From: Theionarchaea archaeon | GTDB taxonomy: Archaea > Methanobacteriota_B > Thermococci > Methanofastidiosales > SZ-28-30 | Direction of reading: 5' to 3' | DNA length: 64,000 nt | Assembly (NCBI GenBank): GCA_018992685.1 | Contig: JACVGT010000019.1 | Coordinates: 1 to 64,000, forward strand | Shown here: piece by piece, positions 9,183 to 20,221 of the stretch | Position numbering within the stretch: the stretch's first letter is position 1 | Layout: every line of letters begins with the position of its first letter | Notes under the pieces: generated by a model | What the model was told of the DNA's origin: nothing | The model's input: the letters and a program-made list of their open reading frames with translations, nothing else | Database searches by the model: none | Made by a program: the position numbers and the translations under genes

Positions 9183-10790
9183 ATGGCTGATATTCGACAA
9201 GGCGAAATAATGAAAGAAGGCACACAACGCATTGTGGCCAGAGACGCACAGAGAATAAACATTCTGGCTGGCAGAATAGTGGCAGAAACGGTGCGAACCA
9301 CACTGGGACCCAAGGGAATGGATAAAATGCTTGTAGATTCATTGGGAGATGTGGTTATCACCAATGACGGAGCCACCATTCTTGATGAGATGGATATTGC
9401 TCATCCTGCAGCCAAAATGATTGTGGAAGTAGCAAAGACAGTAGATAACGAGGTTGGCGATGGAACGACCAGTGCTGCTATCCTGGCTGGCGAACTGCTC
9501 AAGAAAGCAGAGGAACTGCTGGACCAGAAGATTCATGCCACAGTCATAGCCAAGGGGTACCGGCTGGCTGCCGACAAAGCAGAGAAAATCCTGGATGAGA
9601 TTTCCATTAAAGCCAACGATGAAGACTTCAAGAAAGTCGCTGTTACCACTCTCACGGGAAAGGGCGCTGAAGTAGGAAGAGACTATCTGGCTGATATGTC
9701 GGTGAAAGCTGTGAAAGCAGTAGAGCAGGACGGGAAGGTGGACCTTGACGACATCAAACTGGAGAAAAAAGAAGGCGGAAGCCTTGAGGATTCTGAAATT
9801 ATAGAAGGAATCACCATCGACAAGGAAGTCGTCCACGCGGGCATGCCCAAGAAGGTCCAAGACGCAAAGATTGCCCTGATCAATGCAGCAATTGAAGTGG
9901 AAAAGACAGAGACAGACGCCAAGATAAATATATCAAGCCCTGACCAGCTGCAGATGTTCCTGGACCAGGAAGAGAAAATACTCAAAGACATGGCAGACAA
10001 GATTGCAGCATCAGGAGCCACGGCGGTGTTCTGCCAGAAGGGAATTGATGATCTGGCTCAGCACTATCTGGCCAAGCATGGCATTCTGGCAGCACGTAGA
10101 GTGAAGAAAAGTGACATGGAGAAACTGGCAAAAGCAACAGGAGGCAGGGTTGTCACCAATGTCAATGAATTGACCGAGAAAGACCTGGGCAAAGCAGGAC
10201 TGGTTGAGGAACGGAAGATTGCAAAGGATGAACTCATCTTTGTGGAAAAATGTGTCAATCCCAAGGCAATCACAGTCCTTCTGCGCGGAGGCACGAAACA
10301 CGTGGTAGAAGATCTGGAACGATCCATGCACGATGCAGTCAGTGTAGTGGCTGCCGTTGCCAGGGACCCGCGGGTCATGGCCGGTGGCGGAGCAGCTGAA
10401 ATGGAACTGGAAAAGAGATTGTCAGAATATGCTGGTTCAGTGGGTGGCAGAGAACAGCTGGCCATCAAAGCCTTTGCTGAGGCAATGGAAATTATTCCAC
10501 GGAGTCTGGCTGAAAACGCAGGACTGGATCCTGTGGACATGATCGTCAAGCTGAGATCACAGCATGGCAAGAAAGGAGGAGAAACCTTCGGTCTGGATGT
10601 GTTCAAGGGAGACGTTGCCAACATGTACAGCCAGGGAGTGCTGGAGCCTCGAAAGGTCAAAGAGCAGGCCATAAAATCAGCCTCCGAAGCTGCAGTCATG
10701 ATCCTCAGGATTGATGACATTATTGCTGCTTCAGAACTGAAGAGCAGCAGAGGGCCTCCAGGTGGAGGCGAATCTGAAGACTTTGACTAG
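9183..10790 (+). CDS. ths: Thermosome subunit (group II chaperonin)
   Basis: [27 protein letters not shown]. Confidence 0.98.
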   Translation: MADIRQGEIMKEGTQRIVARDAQRINILAGRIVAETVRTTLGPKGMDKMLVDSLGDVVITNDGATILDEMDIAHPAAKMIVEVAKTVDNEVGDGTTSAAILAGELLKKAEELLDQKIHATVIAKGYRLAADKAEKILDEISIKANDEDFKKVAVTTLTGKGAEVGRDYLADMSVKAVKAVEQDGKVDLDDIKLEKKEGGSLEDSEIIEGITIDKEVVHAGMPKKVQDAKIALINAAIEVEKTETDAKINISSPDQLQMFLDQEEKILKDMADKIAASGATAVFCQKGIDDLAQHYLAKHGILAARRVKKSDMEKLAKATGGRVVTNVNELTEKDLGKAGLVEERKIAKDELIFVEKCVNPKAITVLLRGGTKHVVEDLERSMHDAVSVVAAVARDPRVMAGGGAAEMELEKRLSEYAGSVGGREQLAIKAFAEAMEIIPRSLAENAGLDPVDMIVKLRSQHGKKGGETFGLDVFKGDVANMYSQGVLEPRKVKEQAIKSASEAAVMILRIDDIIAASELKSSRGPPGGGESEDFD

Positions 10791-10793
10791 ACA

Positions 10794-10837
10794 TTCTTTT
10801 CACTTTTTTCTTTCTCGTTTTCTCTTTCTCAGGTTTT
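10794..10837 (+). terminator. U-rich archaeal terminator
   Basis: T-rich tracts directly after the ths stop codon. Confidence 0.5.
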
Positions 10838-11332
10838 TCAGGCAAACATCTCTCTTCTCTCTTCCAGGTCTCGTGTCCTAATAACCAGGTATCCATCCTC
10901 CACGTAGCTTGGGAGATATCCCGGCCAGCATCCTCCAGGATTCACGTTCTTGGTTCCGAGGCCAGAAATCTCATATCTATTTCCACAGTTATTGCAGATC
11001 ATGAATGATCCAGTCTGGGAATATCCCTTGCTCGACCTGTAGCAGACATCACACGCGTCAAGCCCTGTCCTGATGCTCCCGTCGTTAGCTCTCACCGCGA
11101 AATACTTCACCAGAACTCCTCCCGCATTGTATTCATACCACTGAGCAATTTCCGATACCTCGGAAAGTGGAATTCTCACTGATTCCTCTGTGGGAGGTGA
11201 AACGTCTGAATCAAAAGGTTGCGCATATACCAGGACTAGTGCTGTACCTGCACAGATGACGATTCCCAGAAGGTACATGAAAGCCCTGCTGGTACTTGAT
11301 CTGTCCTTCTTCTTTTCTCGTGCCGGTTCCAT
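10838..11332 (-). CDS. DUF2318 membrane-anchored Fe-S/metal-binding protein
   Basis: DACDVC, GY.Q.G..MICNNCG, GGCWP. Confidence 0.85.
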   Translation of the reverse strand: MEPAREKKKDRSSTSRAFMYLLGIVICAGTALVLVYAQPFDSDVSPPTEESVRIPLSEVSEIAQWYEYNAGGVLVKYFAVRANDGSIRTGLDACDVCYRSSKGYSQTGSFMICNNCGNRYEISGLGTKNVNPGGCWPGYLPSYVEDGYLVIRTRDLEERREMFA

Positions 11333-11412
11333 TTCATCACCTCACAATGGCTCTCTCGTGAGCCCGCGTTGTCCCACCATGATATCACTCCTCATCAGGG
11401 TTCTGTATGTTC

Positions 11413-12246
11413 TCATGGGGTTCCCTCATCCATCACCGTGGTTTCGTAGACCTGGAACACCTCCAGAGAAAGCATTTCCTGGAGACTCGTCTCAGAGCTG
11501 TCATACCCAATGTTAAAATAATGGGGAAATCCGAACTGTATGGTAGCCACCCCGGGCAGTGACCTCAGCTCCTCAGATATGAGGGGAGCATGGCCCGGGC
11601 ATGGGATGTCAACACTCATGCGCACAAAGGAGAGAGCGTGAATGTCGCTGGCTGGTCCAATCCCCTGTACAGAAGCGATAGAAGCATTTGCCAGGAGCGG
11701 AAACACCACCATGAAGAAGAGGATGTTAACGCCAGCTGTGGAAGAGTACATGAGTGAGAGGTATTTCCACTTTCTCCTGATTCCTGAAGGAGAGAGAATA
11801 CCATTGGTTCTCAGATATATAACTGAGGACAGGGTGGCAAATCCCAGTGACATTGCTACAAGGATGTGAAAGAAGTATGGGTTCATGAGAAGTGGCCTGA
11901 AAAGGTTCATGGCCGCTGTTGCTCCCGTCACAGACGCTGCAATGAAGGCTATACACCCCGTGTGAGGAAGCAACCCATATACAATTCCTTTGGCGAATCC
12001 GGTTCTTGTGCTGCTGTCTGTATCATCAACAGTATATCCCAGAGAAGAGATTTCAGATGTGATCTCCTCCGGAGTAATCTCGTCGGGATCAAATGTGATG
12101 ACTGCGTTGTTCTCAGAGAGACGCACCTTGACGCTTTTCACTCCTGTGCAGAGGCCTATCTTTGATTCGATCAGTCTCTGGCAGCTAGCGCAGTGCATAC
12201 CCTTGATGACAAAAACCTGCGAGACTGGTGGTCTATCATGGTTCAT
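11413..12246 (-). CDS. Heavy-metal-associated domain membrane protein
   Basis: GMHCASC HMA domain, TM region with PHTGC, second HMA-like domain with IPCPGH. Confidence 0.8.
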   Translation of the reverse strand: MNHDRPPVSQVFVIKGMHCASCQRLIESKIGLCTGVKSVKVRLSENNAVITFDPDEITPEEITSEISSLGYTVDDTDSSTRTGFAKGIVYGLLPHTGCIAFIAASVTGATAAMNLFRPLLMNPYFFHILVAMSLGFATLSSVIYLRTNGILSPSGIRRKWKYLSLMYSSTAGVNILFFMVVFPLLANASIASVQGIGPASDIHALSFVRMSVDIPCPGHAPLISEELRSLPGVATIQFGFPHYFNIGYDSSETSLQEMLSLEVFQVYETTVMDEGTP

Positions 12247-12392
12247 GGAGGTGGTACTGCTGAAACAGCTCTTGAGTTCTTGTGTGAAACTAGTTTCATA
12301 CTCGCTTTCAGGAATGCACAGTACAGGGAGAGGGTTCCAGCCACGGGGCTATGAATGCGAACAATCTCAGATACGACACGCGTGTCGGGCCA

Positions 12393-12878
12393 TCACTGTC
12401 TCAGGATAATCATGTTACTCATTCCACGTCTTCTCCTCTCAATGAGATGTCTCCCTTCCAGCTTGTCAAGAACTCGACTGACCTTTGCCTTGTTGAATTG
12501 CGCTCTATCCACCAAATCTGATTGGAATATTACCCCCTGGGCTTCAATGATGTTCTGGAGCAGAGTCCTCTCGTCGGGGCTGAGCATGTTCATAACCTGA
12601 GTGTAGTCTTTTGGTGCTGTTGTCTCAAGGAGGTTTAAGGAACGTGGATTCGCCTCCTTTCCTGTGAACGTTAGATACAACCCTATTACTGCCACGAACC
12701 CCATGATTCCAGTACTGATATTGGTCTGGAAATCAATCGTGTCCCACATGGGACAATCAGGTCCATGAGTGCACACACTGTTGACAATAGCTGCCATGGC
12801 TCCGTTAAATGAGAAGATTATGAAGCCCATCAATGCAGCAATTCCAATTATCAGGATTCCGGCTGATTTGTTGTTCAT
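12393..12878 (-). CDS. Membrane-bound wHTH (MarR-like) regulator
   Basis: Two TM helices with CTHGPDCPMW loop; C-terminal QSDL...KAKVSRVLDKLE..LIERRRRG. Confidence 0.8.
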   Translation of the reverse strand: MNNKSAGILIIGIAALMGFIIFSFNGAMAAIVNSVCTHGPDCPMWDTIDFQTNISTGIMGFVAVIGLYLTFTGKEANPRSLNLLETTAPKDYTQVMNMLSPDERTLLQNIIEAQGVIFQSDLVDRAQFNKAKVSRVLDKLEGRHLIERRRRGMSNMIILRQ

Positions 12879-13138
12879 ACGTTGATACCTAAGATACTAT
12901 TATTTAAATGCTTCGGTAAACCCTATCAAATCATATATGTGCCTAAGTCCACAGATTAGAAGCTATAGCATATAATCTATTGGAGAGTATTATTATCATC
13001 AGTGAGGAGGCAGGTGGAATCGACTTCGTAGGGACTGAGTTGCCCTGCCGGAGAATGGGTGGACGGGGATAAGGCTGCAAGAAGACGGTTCTGTACCGAT
13101 GATACAAACCTTTATCTCCTGTATTCTGAAGTCTCCCC

Positions 13139-14539
13139 ATGGATCTTGTACTTCACAATGGGACTATTTTAACCATGACAGAAAAGAGTGCCAATGCAGT
13201 TGCTGTGTGCAATGGAAGAATCAGAAAATTTGAACGAGTGCCGGCCCAGGAAGAAATCGACCTGGAAGGAAAAACGCTCATCCCTGGATTCATTGACTGC
13301 CACACTCATTTCGTGTCCATGGGGATGAGACTGTCAAATGTTGACCTGTCGGACACCAGGAACCTGCAGGAAGCAGTCTCACGACTGGAAAAGAGGGCCA
13401 GTGAGACTGAACGTGACAGGTGGGTCCTGGGATTTAGCTGGGACGAGAGCATGTGGCCGGAGAGGAGATGGTTGTCCCCGGAAGATCTGGCAGGAATCGA
13501 AAATCCTGTGTGTGCCATGCGCATTGACGGTCACATGGCTGTGCTCAATCCAGCAGGAAAGAAAGCACTCCATAGAGAGGAGGGATATCTCTTTGAGGAG
13601 GACCTCTTTTATGTCAGTGAAATAAAGGCTGATCAGGATTTGGAGCAGGCCTTTGAGGCAGCCCTCTCTCTGGCCCACAGAGAAGGAGTCACTTCAATTC
13701 ACGACAACCCCATGGACATTAAGACGTTTCTGCTCTATCAGAAAATGAAGAGTAGAGACCTGCGCATTTACATAAATCTGCCTGCCTCAGTCCTGGATGC
13801 CATGAACCAGCTCAACCTGAGGACCGGATTTGGTGACGAATGGCTGCGGATAGGAGGAATCAAGATTTTCACTGATGGATCCATTGGGGCGAAAACTGCA
13901 GCACTGTCCTTTCCTTACAGAAATGAAGAAACCAAGGGACTCCTGGTCTATTCCGATCAGGAAATGACTTCCATTCTGGAAAAGGCACATCCCAATCAGA
14001 CTGCCGTCCATGCAATTGGAGACAGAGCGATCGAACAGGTCATTACCTGTTCAGTGCCTGGAAAGGAAAGCAGGAACCGTATTGAACACGCAGAGCTGGT
14101 ACGAGACCATCACATACCCACGATCAAGGAACTGGGGTTGCTCCTCTCCATGCAGCCTAACTTCTTCCAGTGGTCTCATCCTGGCGGGTTGTATGATGAT
14201 CGGTTTGGCACAGGGCTGGATAACAGAATGAGAACCCTCACGGAAGCTGGGATACCTATTGTATTCGGGTCAGATTGTATGCCTTTCTCTCCTCTTTACG
14301 GCATCGAACAGGCTACAAAGGCGCCATTTGAGGAGCAGAGGCTGACAGCAATGGAAGCTCTGGCCATGTACACAAGAGAGGCAGCCTACGCTTCTTTCGA
14401 AGAGGACATAAAAGGAACCATAGAGAAGGGAAAAGTTGCTGACTTCGTAGTGCTGTCAGATGACCCCAGAGAGGTAGATATCTCTTCCATAAAGGTGGAA
14501 ATGACCATTGTGGGTGGAAAGGTGGTGTACCGGCAGTAG
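13139..14539 (+). CDS. Amidohydrolase (YtcJ-like)
   Basis: PGFIDCHTH, KIFTDGS, HAIGD, RIEHA, GSD. Confidence 0.9.
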   Translation: MDLVLHNGTILTMTEKSANAVAVCNGRIRKFERVPAQEEIDLEGKTLIPGFIDCHTHFVSMGMRLSNVDLSDTRNLQEAVSRLEKRASETERDRWVLGFSWDESMWPERRWLSPEDLAGIENPVCAMRIDGHMAVLNPAGKKALHREEGYLFEEDLFYVSEIKADQDLEQAFEAALSLAHREGVTSIHDNPMDIKTFLLYQKMKSRDLRIYINLPASVLDAMNQLNLRTGFGDEWLRIGGIKIFTDGSIGAKTAALSFPYRNEETKGLLVYSDQEMTSILEKAHPNQTAVHAIGDRAIEQVITCSVPGKESRNRIEHAELVRDHHIPTIKELGLLLSMQPNFFQWSHPGGLYDDRFGTGLDNRMRTLTEAGIPIVFGSDCMPFSPLYGIEQATKAPFEEQRLTAMEALAMYTREAAYASFEEDIKGTIEKGKVADFVVLSDDPREVDISSIKVEMTIVGGKVVYRQ

Positions 14540-14872
14540 ATTGCATCATTCTTCCTTTTTCCTGGAGATCTGCAGAGATCTGCTTTCGGGAACAGGTGAG
14601 TACAGTGGTTGATCACTACCGAGACGTGGAATGGTCATTGGGAACGGGGAAATCCCGATTCTTTATTTATCCACCGTAAACTGAATGCCCCGAGGAGTAC
14701 ATGCAGCACATTCTTCAGGCAGGAGAGTGACGTCAATCACGAATCCCGTCTGCAGAAAGAAAAAAGACGGGAAAAAGAAAAGATTAATAAAGTGTCGAAA
14801 AAAAAAGATCACTAGAGATTGTTCTCGCAGCAGGGATCACCCTACTGCAGCTTGAAAAAGAGGTGTCATGAA

Positions 14873-15262
14873 ATGGCTCTACAAGACCCAGACAGCATGG
14901 AGGAATTGGTGTACTTCACCAACAGGGACCTTGAAGAGGGAGGACAGGTGACGTGCTGGGTACGGAGAAGAGAATGCCCCAAATGCGGTCAGGGACTGAT
15001 GGGGAAGCCCCGGAATGAAAAAACAGGTGAAATCAAAGTGCGGGCGCGGAAGTATGTGTGTCCAGACTGTGGGCTTACCATGGACAAGAAGCAGTATGAG
15101 GAAACGCTCACTGCAGAGATCAGATATACGTGCCCCCACTGTGGAACCCAGGGGGAAACCACTGCTCCCTTCAAGAGAAAGAAGATCAAAGGGGTTGAAA
15201 CTCTGCGCATCGCCTGTGAGACGTGTGGTGGGACTATCGATATTACCAAGAAACTGGCCTGA
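14873..15262 (+). CDS. Hypothetical multi-Zn-ribbon protein (four CxxC)
   Basis: CPKC, CPDC, CPHC, CETC. Confidence 0.75.
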   Translation: MALQDPDSMEELVYFTNRDLEEGGQVTCWVRRRECPKCGQGLMGKPRNEKTGEIKVRARKYVCPDCGLTMDKKQYEETLTAEIRYTCPHCGTQGETTAPFKRKKIKGVETLRIACETCGGTIDITKKLA

Positions 15263-15364
15263 TCTTTCCAGCAGCACAGAAATCAGCCCTTCGTGGAAGT
15301 GGGGATCGGTCACGCGATGTCTGAAAGCCCACCCACACAGTGGGCCATACCAGGAAGAGATAAA

Positions 15365-15856
15365 TTAGAACTTTTCCAGGATGTAGATTTTCTTGACCTT
15401 CTTGCCTTCAAATTCCACTCCTTCTTTCTCCAGAATCGTTCTCTTGAGATCAACCCCGCCACCGAATCCAGTCAAACTCCTGTCTGAACCGATGACACGA
15501 TGACAGGGTACCAGAAAAGGGACAGGATTGGAATGCAGGGCCTGTCCGACAGCTCTGAAGGCTCTGCTCCCTATCTTCTCTGCCACTCCCTTGTAGGTAG
15601 TGACTCTGCCCTTGGGTATTTTCTGAACTGCTTCATAGATAGCTCTCTGGAAAGGAGTCCCTGAAATCTCGAAAGGGTAAGAGAAGACCTCTCCCTGCTC
15701 CACCCAGGCTCTAACCTTCTCGGCAAGAACCTGCGCTTTCTGTGAGGGATCCAGTGGATGACCAGTGGGGGGTGTACCAATGAGAATCTTGTGGATTTTT
15801 TCGTTCATGACAACAGAAAAGGTTGTGCCATCCACCGTAACAGTACCGACATTCAT
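15365..15856 (-). CDS. ogt: O6-methylguanine-DNA methyltransferase
   Basis: GTPFQ, RAVG, PCHRV active site. Confidence 0.95.
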   Translation of the reverse strand: MNVGTVTVDGTTFSVVMNEKIHKILIGTPPTGHPLDPSQKAQVLAEKVRAWVEQGEVFSYPFEISGTPFQRAIYEAVQKIPKGRVTTYKGVAEKIGSRAFRAVGQALHSNPVPFLVPCHRVIGSDRSLTGFGGGVDLKRTILEKEGVEFEGKKVKKIYILEKF

Positions 15857-16028
15857 GAGAGTTCTCGGTAACAGTCTTTTTAAACTTTGAGATTTTTCAT
15901 GCCTGTCTGAATGCACCGGACGCCAACACAGGTGCCGACACTGAACGGTGAAGTTTCTCCCGGGGCCAATGGCTTCCTGATGCAGTCATATCCAGAATCT
16001 TTATATATACTCAAAATTGGGTATCATC

Positions 16029-16676
16029 ATGTTGGAAATCCTCATGGAGCTGGCAAAGCTCAATGGACCAAAAGGAATCACGATTACCACTCATCAGATA
16101 GGGCAGATGCTGGGCTGCTCTCAGCAGACAGCCTCACGAAAGCTCATTGACCTGGAAGAGAAAGGACTCATCAAGAGGCGGAGAACTATCAAGGGACAGA
16201 AGATCAGATTGACCGGAAAAGGAACAAGTCTCCTCAGAGAGTACTATATCCAGCTCCGCAGCATCTTCGAGGAGCGTGAAGCTGTAACTGTCAAAGGGCA
16301 ACTGGTGTCAGGAATGGGTGAGGGTCACTACTACATCTCTCGAAAAGGCTACACAGACCAATTTGAGGAAAAACTGGGATTCCGCCCCTTCCCCGGAACA
16401 CTGAACCTTCTCCTTGAACGTGAACATGATCTGGTGGTCAGAGAAATGCTGGACAACTGCCCGTATGTCAAGATCGAGGGATTCGAAGACGAGGGAAGAA
16501 CCTTTGGGGCTGTCAAGTGCTATCCCGTGTCCATCGGCAGGGTGCAAGGTGCAATTCTCTCTCCCTTGAGAACCCATCATCCCAAGAACGTCGTTGAGAT
16601 AATTGCTCCCGTGTGTCTGAGAAAGGAACTGGGCCTCCGTGATGGGGAGGACGTCATCGTCAAAGTGTTCGTGTAG
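16029..16676 (+). CDS. ribK: CTP-dependent riboflavin kinase with N-terminal wHTH (RbkR-type)
   Basis: SQQTASR, SGMGEG, PFPGTLN, RTHH; TATA at about 16000-16008 implies a leaderless transcript. Confidence 0.95.
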   Translation: MLEILMELAKLNGPKGITITTHQIGQMLGCSQQTASRKLIDLEEKGLIKRRRTIKGQKIRLTGKGTSLLREYYIQLRSIFEEREAVTVKGQLVSGMGEGHYYISRKGYTDQFEEKLGFRPFPGTLNLLLEREHDLVVREMLDNCPYVKIEGFEDEGRTFGAVKCYPVSIGRVQGAILSPLRTHHPKNVVEIIAPVCLRKELGLRDGEDVIVKVFV

Positions 16677-16820
16677 GTGGAAGTGTCTGACAGGAAATGC
16701 TGCCTGTCTTAGATGTCAGAAGGAAGATTTCTCCTCTCATTACTCTCCTGCAATAGAATCAGAATTTCCTGCACCTCCATCCTTCGAAACCTTTATATTT
16801 CTGGATTCCATGCATATGAC

Positions 16821-17189
16821 ATGGAAATCCAATCTGTCATTGACACTATTGTTGACGCTCTGACTGGGTTCTATGAGTTCATTGTAGCTCACCCCCTGTA
16901 CATCGCTATCATTGTGATTGCAGTCATTGTGTATGCTGCTGTCAGTCATCTCTTCTTCAGAATGAAAGGCTACCAGCCCAGAGAGAAGACCCTGTGTACT
17001 CTTTCCATTGCCGGAAAGGAACGATCACTGGAATACCTGAGAGATTTCACCCACATGTCACCTCAGCAAATTGAAGCAATAGAACACTTGCGGGAACATG
17101 AACCGGTGCCAATAGCAGCTATGGCTAAACGATTTGGAAAGGACAGTATTGAGGAGCTTGTCCGGAGAGAGTATATCATTCTCAAATGA
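16821..17189 (+). CDS. Hypothetical single-TM protein
   Basis: ORF with TM helix; TATA-like CTTTATAT about 25 nt upstream. Confidence 0.6.
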   Translation: MEIQSVIDTIVDALTGFYEFIVAHPLYIAIIVIAVIVYAAVSHLFFRMKGYQPREKTLCTLSIAGKERSLEYLRDFTHMSPQQIEAIEHLREHEPVPIAAMAKRFGKDSIEELVRREYIILK

Positions 17190-17670
17190 TCTTGTCCATC
17201 TCTCTCTTTATGAAGCTCTGCTCTCTCTTTGGATATCTACCAAGATCAAGAGTGGTCAGCAACATGCTCTGACTGAGGGCGACCTGATCCCTCAGTGAGT
17301 GGAGGAATTTCACCGCCTCTTCAAAATCATTCTCGCTAATGAAATAGTCAAGGCAGTCCAGAAGCACCACCCTGTTTCCAGGTTTGATGAATTCATTTAT
17401 GAAATGAAGTAATTTCTCCAAATCACGTGACGATATGCCATTTTCATCCAGAATGAGGGTATTCTCGAATTCCTTCCCACTGGGAAGAGCCCGACACACA
17501 CACAGTCCCTCATGCCCGGAAAGCAGTCTTTCAAAGGCATCATACGCTGCCTTTTTCTTTCTAAGGAGATATGCGCATCTCATCCGGAATGTGGATCCGT
17601 TTTCTCTATAGAGTACTTTCACACCCAGTGCACACGCAACAACTCCTCCAATGAGAAATGCGTGCAACAT
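17182..17670 (-). CDS. DUF835-domain protein
   Basis: VVLLDCLDYFISEN.F...KFL..LRD. Confidence 0.8.
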   Translation of the reverse strand: MLHAFLIGGVVACALGVKVLYRENGSTFRMRCAYLLRKKKAAYDAFERLLSGHEGLCVCRALPSGKEFENTLILDENGISSRDLEKLLHFINEFIKPGNRVVLLDCLDYFISENDFEEAVKFLHSLRDQVALSQSMLLTTLDLGRYPKREQSFIKREMDKII

Positions 17671-18004
17671 TGTCCTCTATCTGGTAGAGAGCATTTATAA
17701 ACCTTTCGTCCCTGTAACCGGTTAAAGGTGATACAAGACCTCCAAAATCCGGCCGAAATCTGGAAGCCTTCCAGAAAGAGCTACAAGAGGACAAGAGAGA
17801 GGAGTACACAGTGGAACAGCGGGTTCCTGCGTGTTATCACGGTCCCTTTTTGTGAGGAGATTAGAATTCTGCACCCCGTATTCTCTTCAGCCAGCGCTCT
17901 ATGTGCAGACTCGTGTTGATTCAAGGCAACTTATTCGGTTATACCTATGGAGTATGGGACAAATGTTTATAAACGGGAAAACATCTGCCAGGGAGGTGAA
18001 CAAT

Positions 18005-18304
18005 ATGGTTACACAAGAAGACGTCATGGATGCTCTCAAGCAGTGTTATGATCCTGAAATCCCCGTCAACGTTGTCGACCTGGGATTGATCTATGATGTT
18101 GATATTCAGGACAAGATCGTGAACGTGAACATGACATTGACAGCTCGCGGATGCCCGATGCATTCTTTGATTGCCCGGGATGTTAAGCAGAAGCTGCAGT
18201 CTCTCCCTGGAGTGGAGACAGCCAATGTCACGGTCGTGTGGGATCCTCCATGGACCCCGGACAGAATGTCAGAAGAAGCAAAGAAGAAACTGGGATTCAC
18301 CTAG
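18005..18304 (+). CDS. DUF59/SufT-like Fe-S cluster assembly protein
   Basis: DPEIPVNVVDLGL, TLTARGCP, WDPPWT. Confidence 0.9.
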   Translation: MVTQEDVMDALKQCYDPEIPVNVVDLGLIYDVDIQDKIVNVNMTLTARGCPMHSLIARDVKQKLQSLPGVETANVTVVWDPPWTPDRMSEEAKKKLGFT

Positions 18305-18794
18305 CTTCACCCACACTGACCGACTGCAGCAGAAGAGACATTTCTTTTTCTATTTCTATCAATTCCCTCAGGTACCCCTCTTTGACCGTGATATACTCTT
18401 TTTCAGTGATTTGATTGTCTTTGTGCAGCCTGTTGATCTCTTCTATGGATTCATATAGGGTATTCAGTCTGGTTTCCAGAATCTTGAGCTGTTCTCTCCT
18501 GTCCTGAGGGGTTTTTTTCTCTCTGAGGAATTTTTCAACCAACGTCCGTGCTTTTTCATAGAATTCTCTGGCCTCGCCACTGAGTTCGTACTTGACCTTT
18601 GCCCTTCCTGTCTCAATGAAACTGATCTTTTCCACCAGCCCACAATCCACCAGCTGCTTGAGGTGTCGTTCCAATCCTCCTCTGGTCATTTCCAGTTCGT
18701 TTTCAAGTTCATCCGGCCTCCGCTCTTTCTCATACAACAGTTCCACAATCTGCAGCCTGTAGGGGTTTGATAGGGCCTTGAAAATCTCCAGCAT
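18297..18794 (-). CDS. ArsR-family wHTH regulator with C-terminal coiled-coil/SHOCT-like segment
   Basis: FKALSNPYRL, RHLKQL..GLV. Confidence 0.85.
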   Translation of the reverse strand: MLEIFKALSNPYRLQIVELLYEKERRPDELENELEMTRGGLERHLKQLVDCGLVEKISFIETGRAKVKYELSGEAREFYEKARTLVEKFLREKKTPQDRREQLKILETRLNTLYESIEEINRLHKDNQITEKEYITVKEGYLRELIEIEKEMSLLLQSVSVGEAR

Positions 18795-19018
18795 GTTCAG
18801 TCTTCCTCATTCACCTATATATGGTTTTGTATCTTCGTTGCTGGCAGAGAATATGAACCACGTTACAGATAAGAGCTGGTATGCAGAATCGCGAAACCGC
18901 AAAAAAGCTAAAATGCGAATCTTTGCTCATTTTCAAAGGAATATTTTCGTTTTTCTTTCAAATAAGTTTATATATGTCTTTTTTCTAACAGGAATCAGAG
19001 AACCGAGAGGTGATCCTG

Positions 19019-20221
19019 ATGAGAATCAAGAGAAAACTGGATATGGACCGCTATGAAACGATGCTTCGAGATTTGGAGCAGATGAAAGATCGGCAAGAAA
19101 TTTCTCAAGAAACGTACGAGGAGATGAAACAGAAGTATGAGGAACGATTGAAGGAATTGGAGGAACAGTACTTCGAGGACGGGAAGGAGTTTGAGCTGGA
19201 ACTGGAGGAGTTTTCTGACTTGGGTGAAAGGATTACTGCCCAGGTGGAATCAGCTGTATCCAAGGCAATGGACAAGGTCCAGCGCATTACCATGCAGTTT
19301 CCTGACTCCTTTGACTCAGGGACCTACCACTCTGCAGAAGAAGTGTTTGAAGGCAAATTCGAATCAGATGCGGTGGATATAGACTTCTCCACTGAAAATG
19401 GCCACATCGACCTGAGAAAATGGGATAATGACACCTACAAGGTCGTTGTCACGAAGAAAGTGCGTGCCTATTCAGAGGAGCGAGCGGAAGAGAAATTGAA
19501 AGAAGTGGAGCTGGGGTTTGAACACCTCAAGAACGGGAAAGATGTCTTGAGACTGCACCCGTGTAAGACCAATACCGTGGTGTCAATCTCTGCCTACCTG
19601 CCTGCTGGTGCCAAGGGAGGAATGCTCTCCAGGGCACACCCTGTGACATACAACCTGACGCTGAGCAGTGAGAATGGACATTCTACCGTGACAGGACTGA
19701 CTGTGGGGACTGCCACCATACAGACTGAGAATGGACGAATTGGATTCGAGGATGTCAACGCCACCCGCCTTGAAGCAGAAACAGAAAATGGAAGGATCCA
19801 GGTGGAAGACAGTGAGGTCGAGACAGGGACGCTGTCAACTGAGAACGGGAGAATCGAATTGCTCAATGCCAAGGGAACTGCGATTAAAGTCTCAACAGAA
19901 AATGGATCTGTCAGAGGAAAGATGACGTTTGAGAAGGCAACACTGAAAACAGAAAATGGATCTATCCACATCTCGCCCAGAGGTAAGGGAACATATAGAG
20001 CCAGCAGCGAAATGGGAAGCGTCAGCATTGACGTAGACAGGAAGACTCCCTACGAGATTCTGGCCGAAACCCAGATGGGTAGTATTGCAGCTGCCCCCGA
20101 CCTGAACCTCTCGTCTGAGGGAAGGCACCACGCTGTTGTCAAGAGTCCCGATGTTGAAGGGGCGACAGAAAAATTCTCAGCAGAAATCAGCACCAAAATG
20201 GGAAGTGTCAGAATTCAATAG
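19019..20221 (+). CDS. DUF4097 beta-strand-repeat protein with N-terminal SHOCT-like coiled coil
   Basis: Many (T/S)ENG.I repeats; RQEISQETYEEMK. Confidence 0.8.
   Translation: MRIKRKLDMDRYETMLRDLEQMKDRQEISQETYEEMKQKYEERLKELEEQYFEDGKEFELELEEFSDLGERITAQVESAVSKAMDKVQRITMQFPDSFDSGTYHSAEEVFEGKFESDAVDIDFSTENGHIDLRKWDNDTYKVVVTKKVRAYSEERAEEKLKEVELGFEHLKNGKDVLRLHPCKTNTVVSISAYLPAGAKGGMLSRAHPVTYNLTLSSENGHSTVTGLTVGTATIQTENGRIGFEDVNATRLEAETENGRIQVEDSEVETGTLSTENGRIELLNAKGTAIKVSTENGSVRGKMTFEKATLKTENGSIHISPRGKGTYRASSEMGSVSIDVDRKTPYEILAETQMGSIAAAPDLNLSSEGRHHAVVKSPDVEGATEKFSAEISTKMGSVRIQ

Noticed and set aside
15912-16010. FMN riboswitch upstream of ribK
   Set aside because: Lacks the RFN consensus, and ribK appears leaderless with its own wHTH regulator domain
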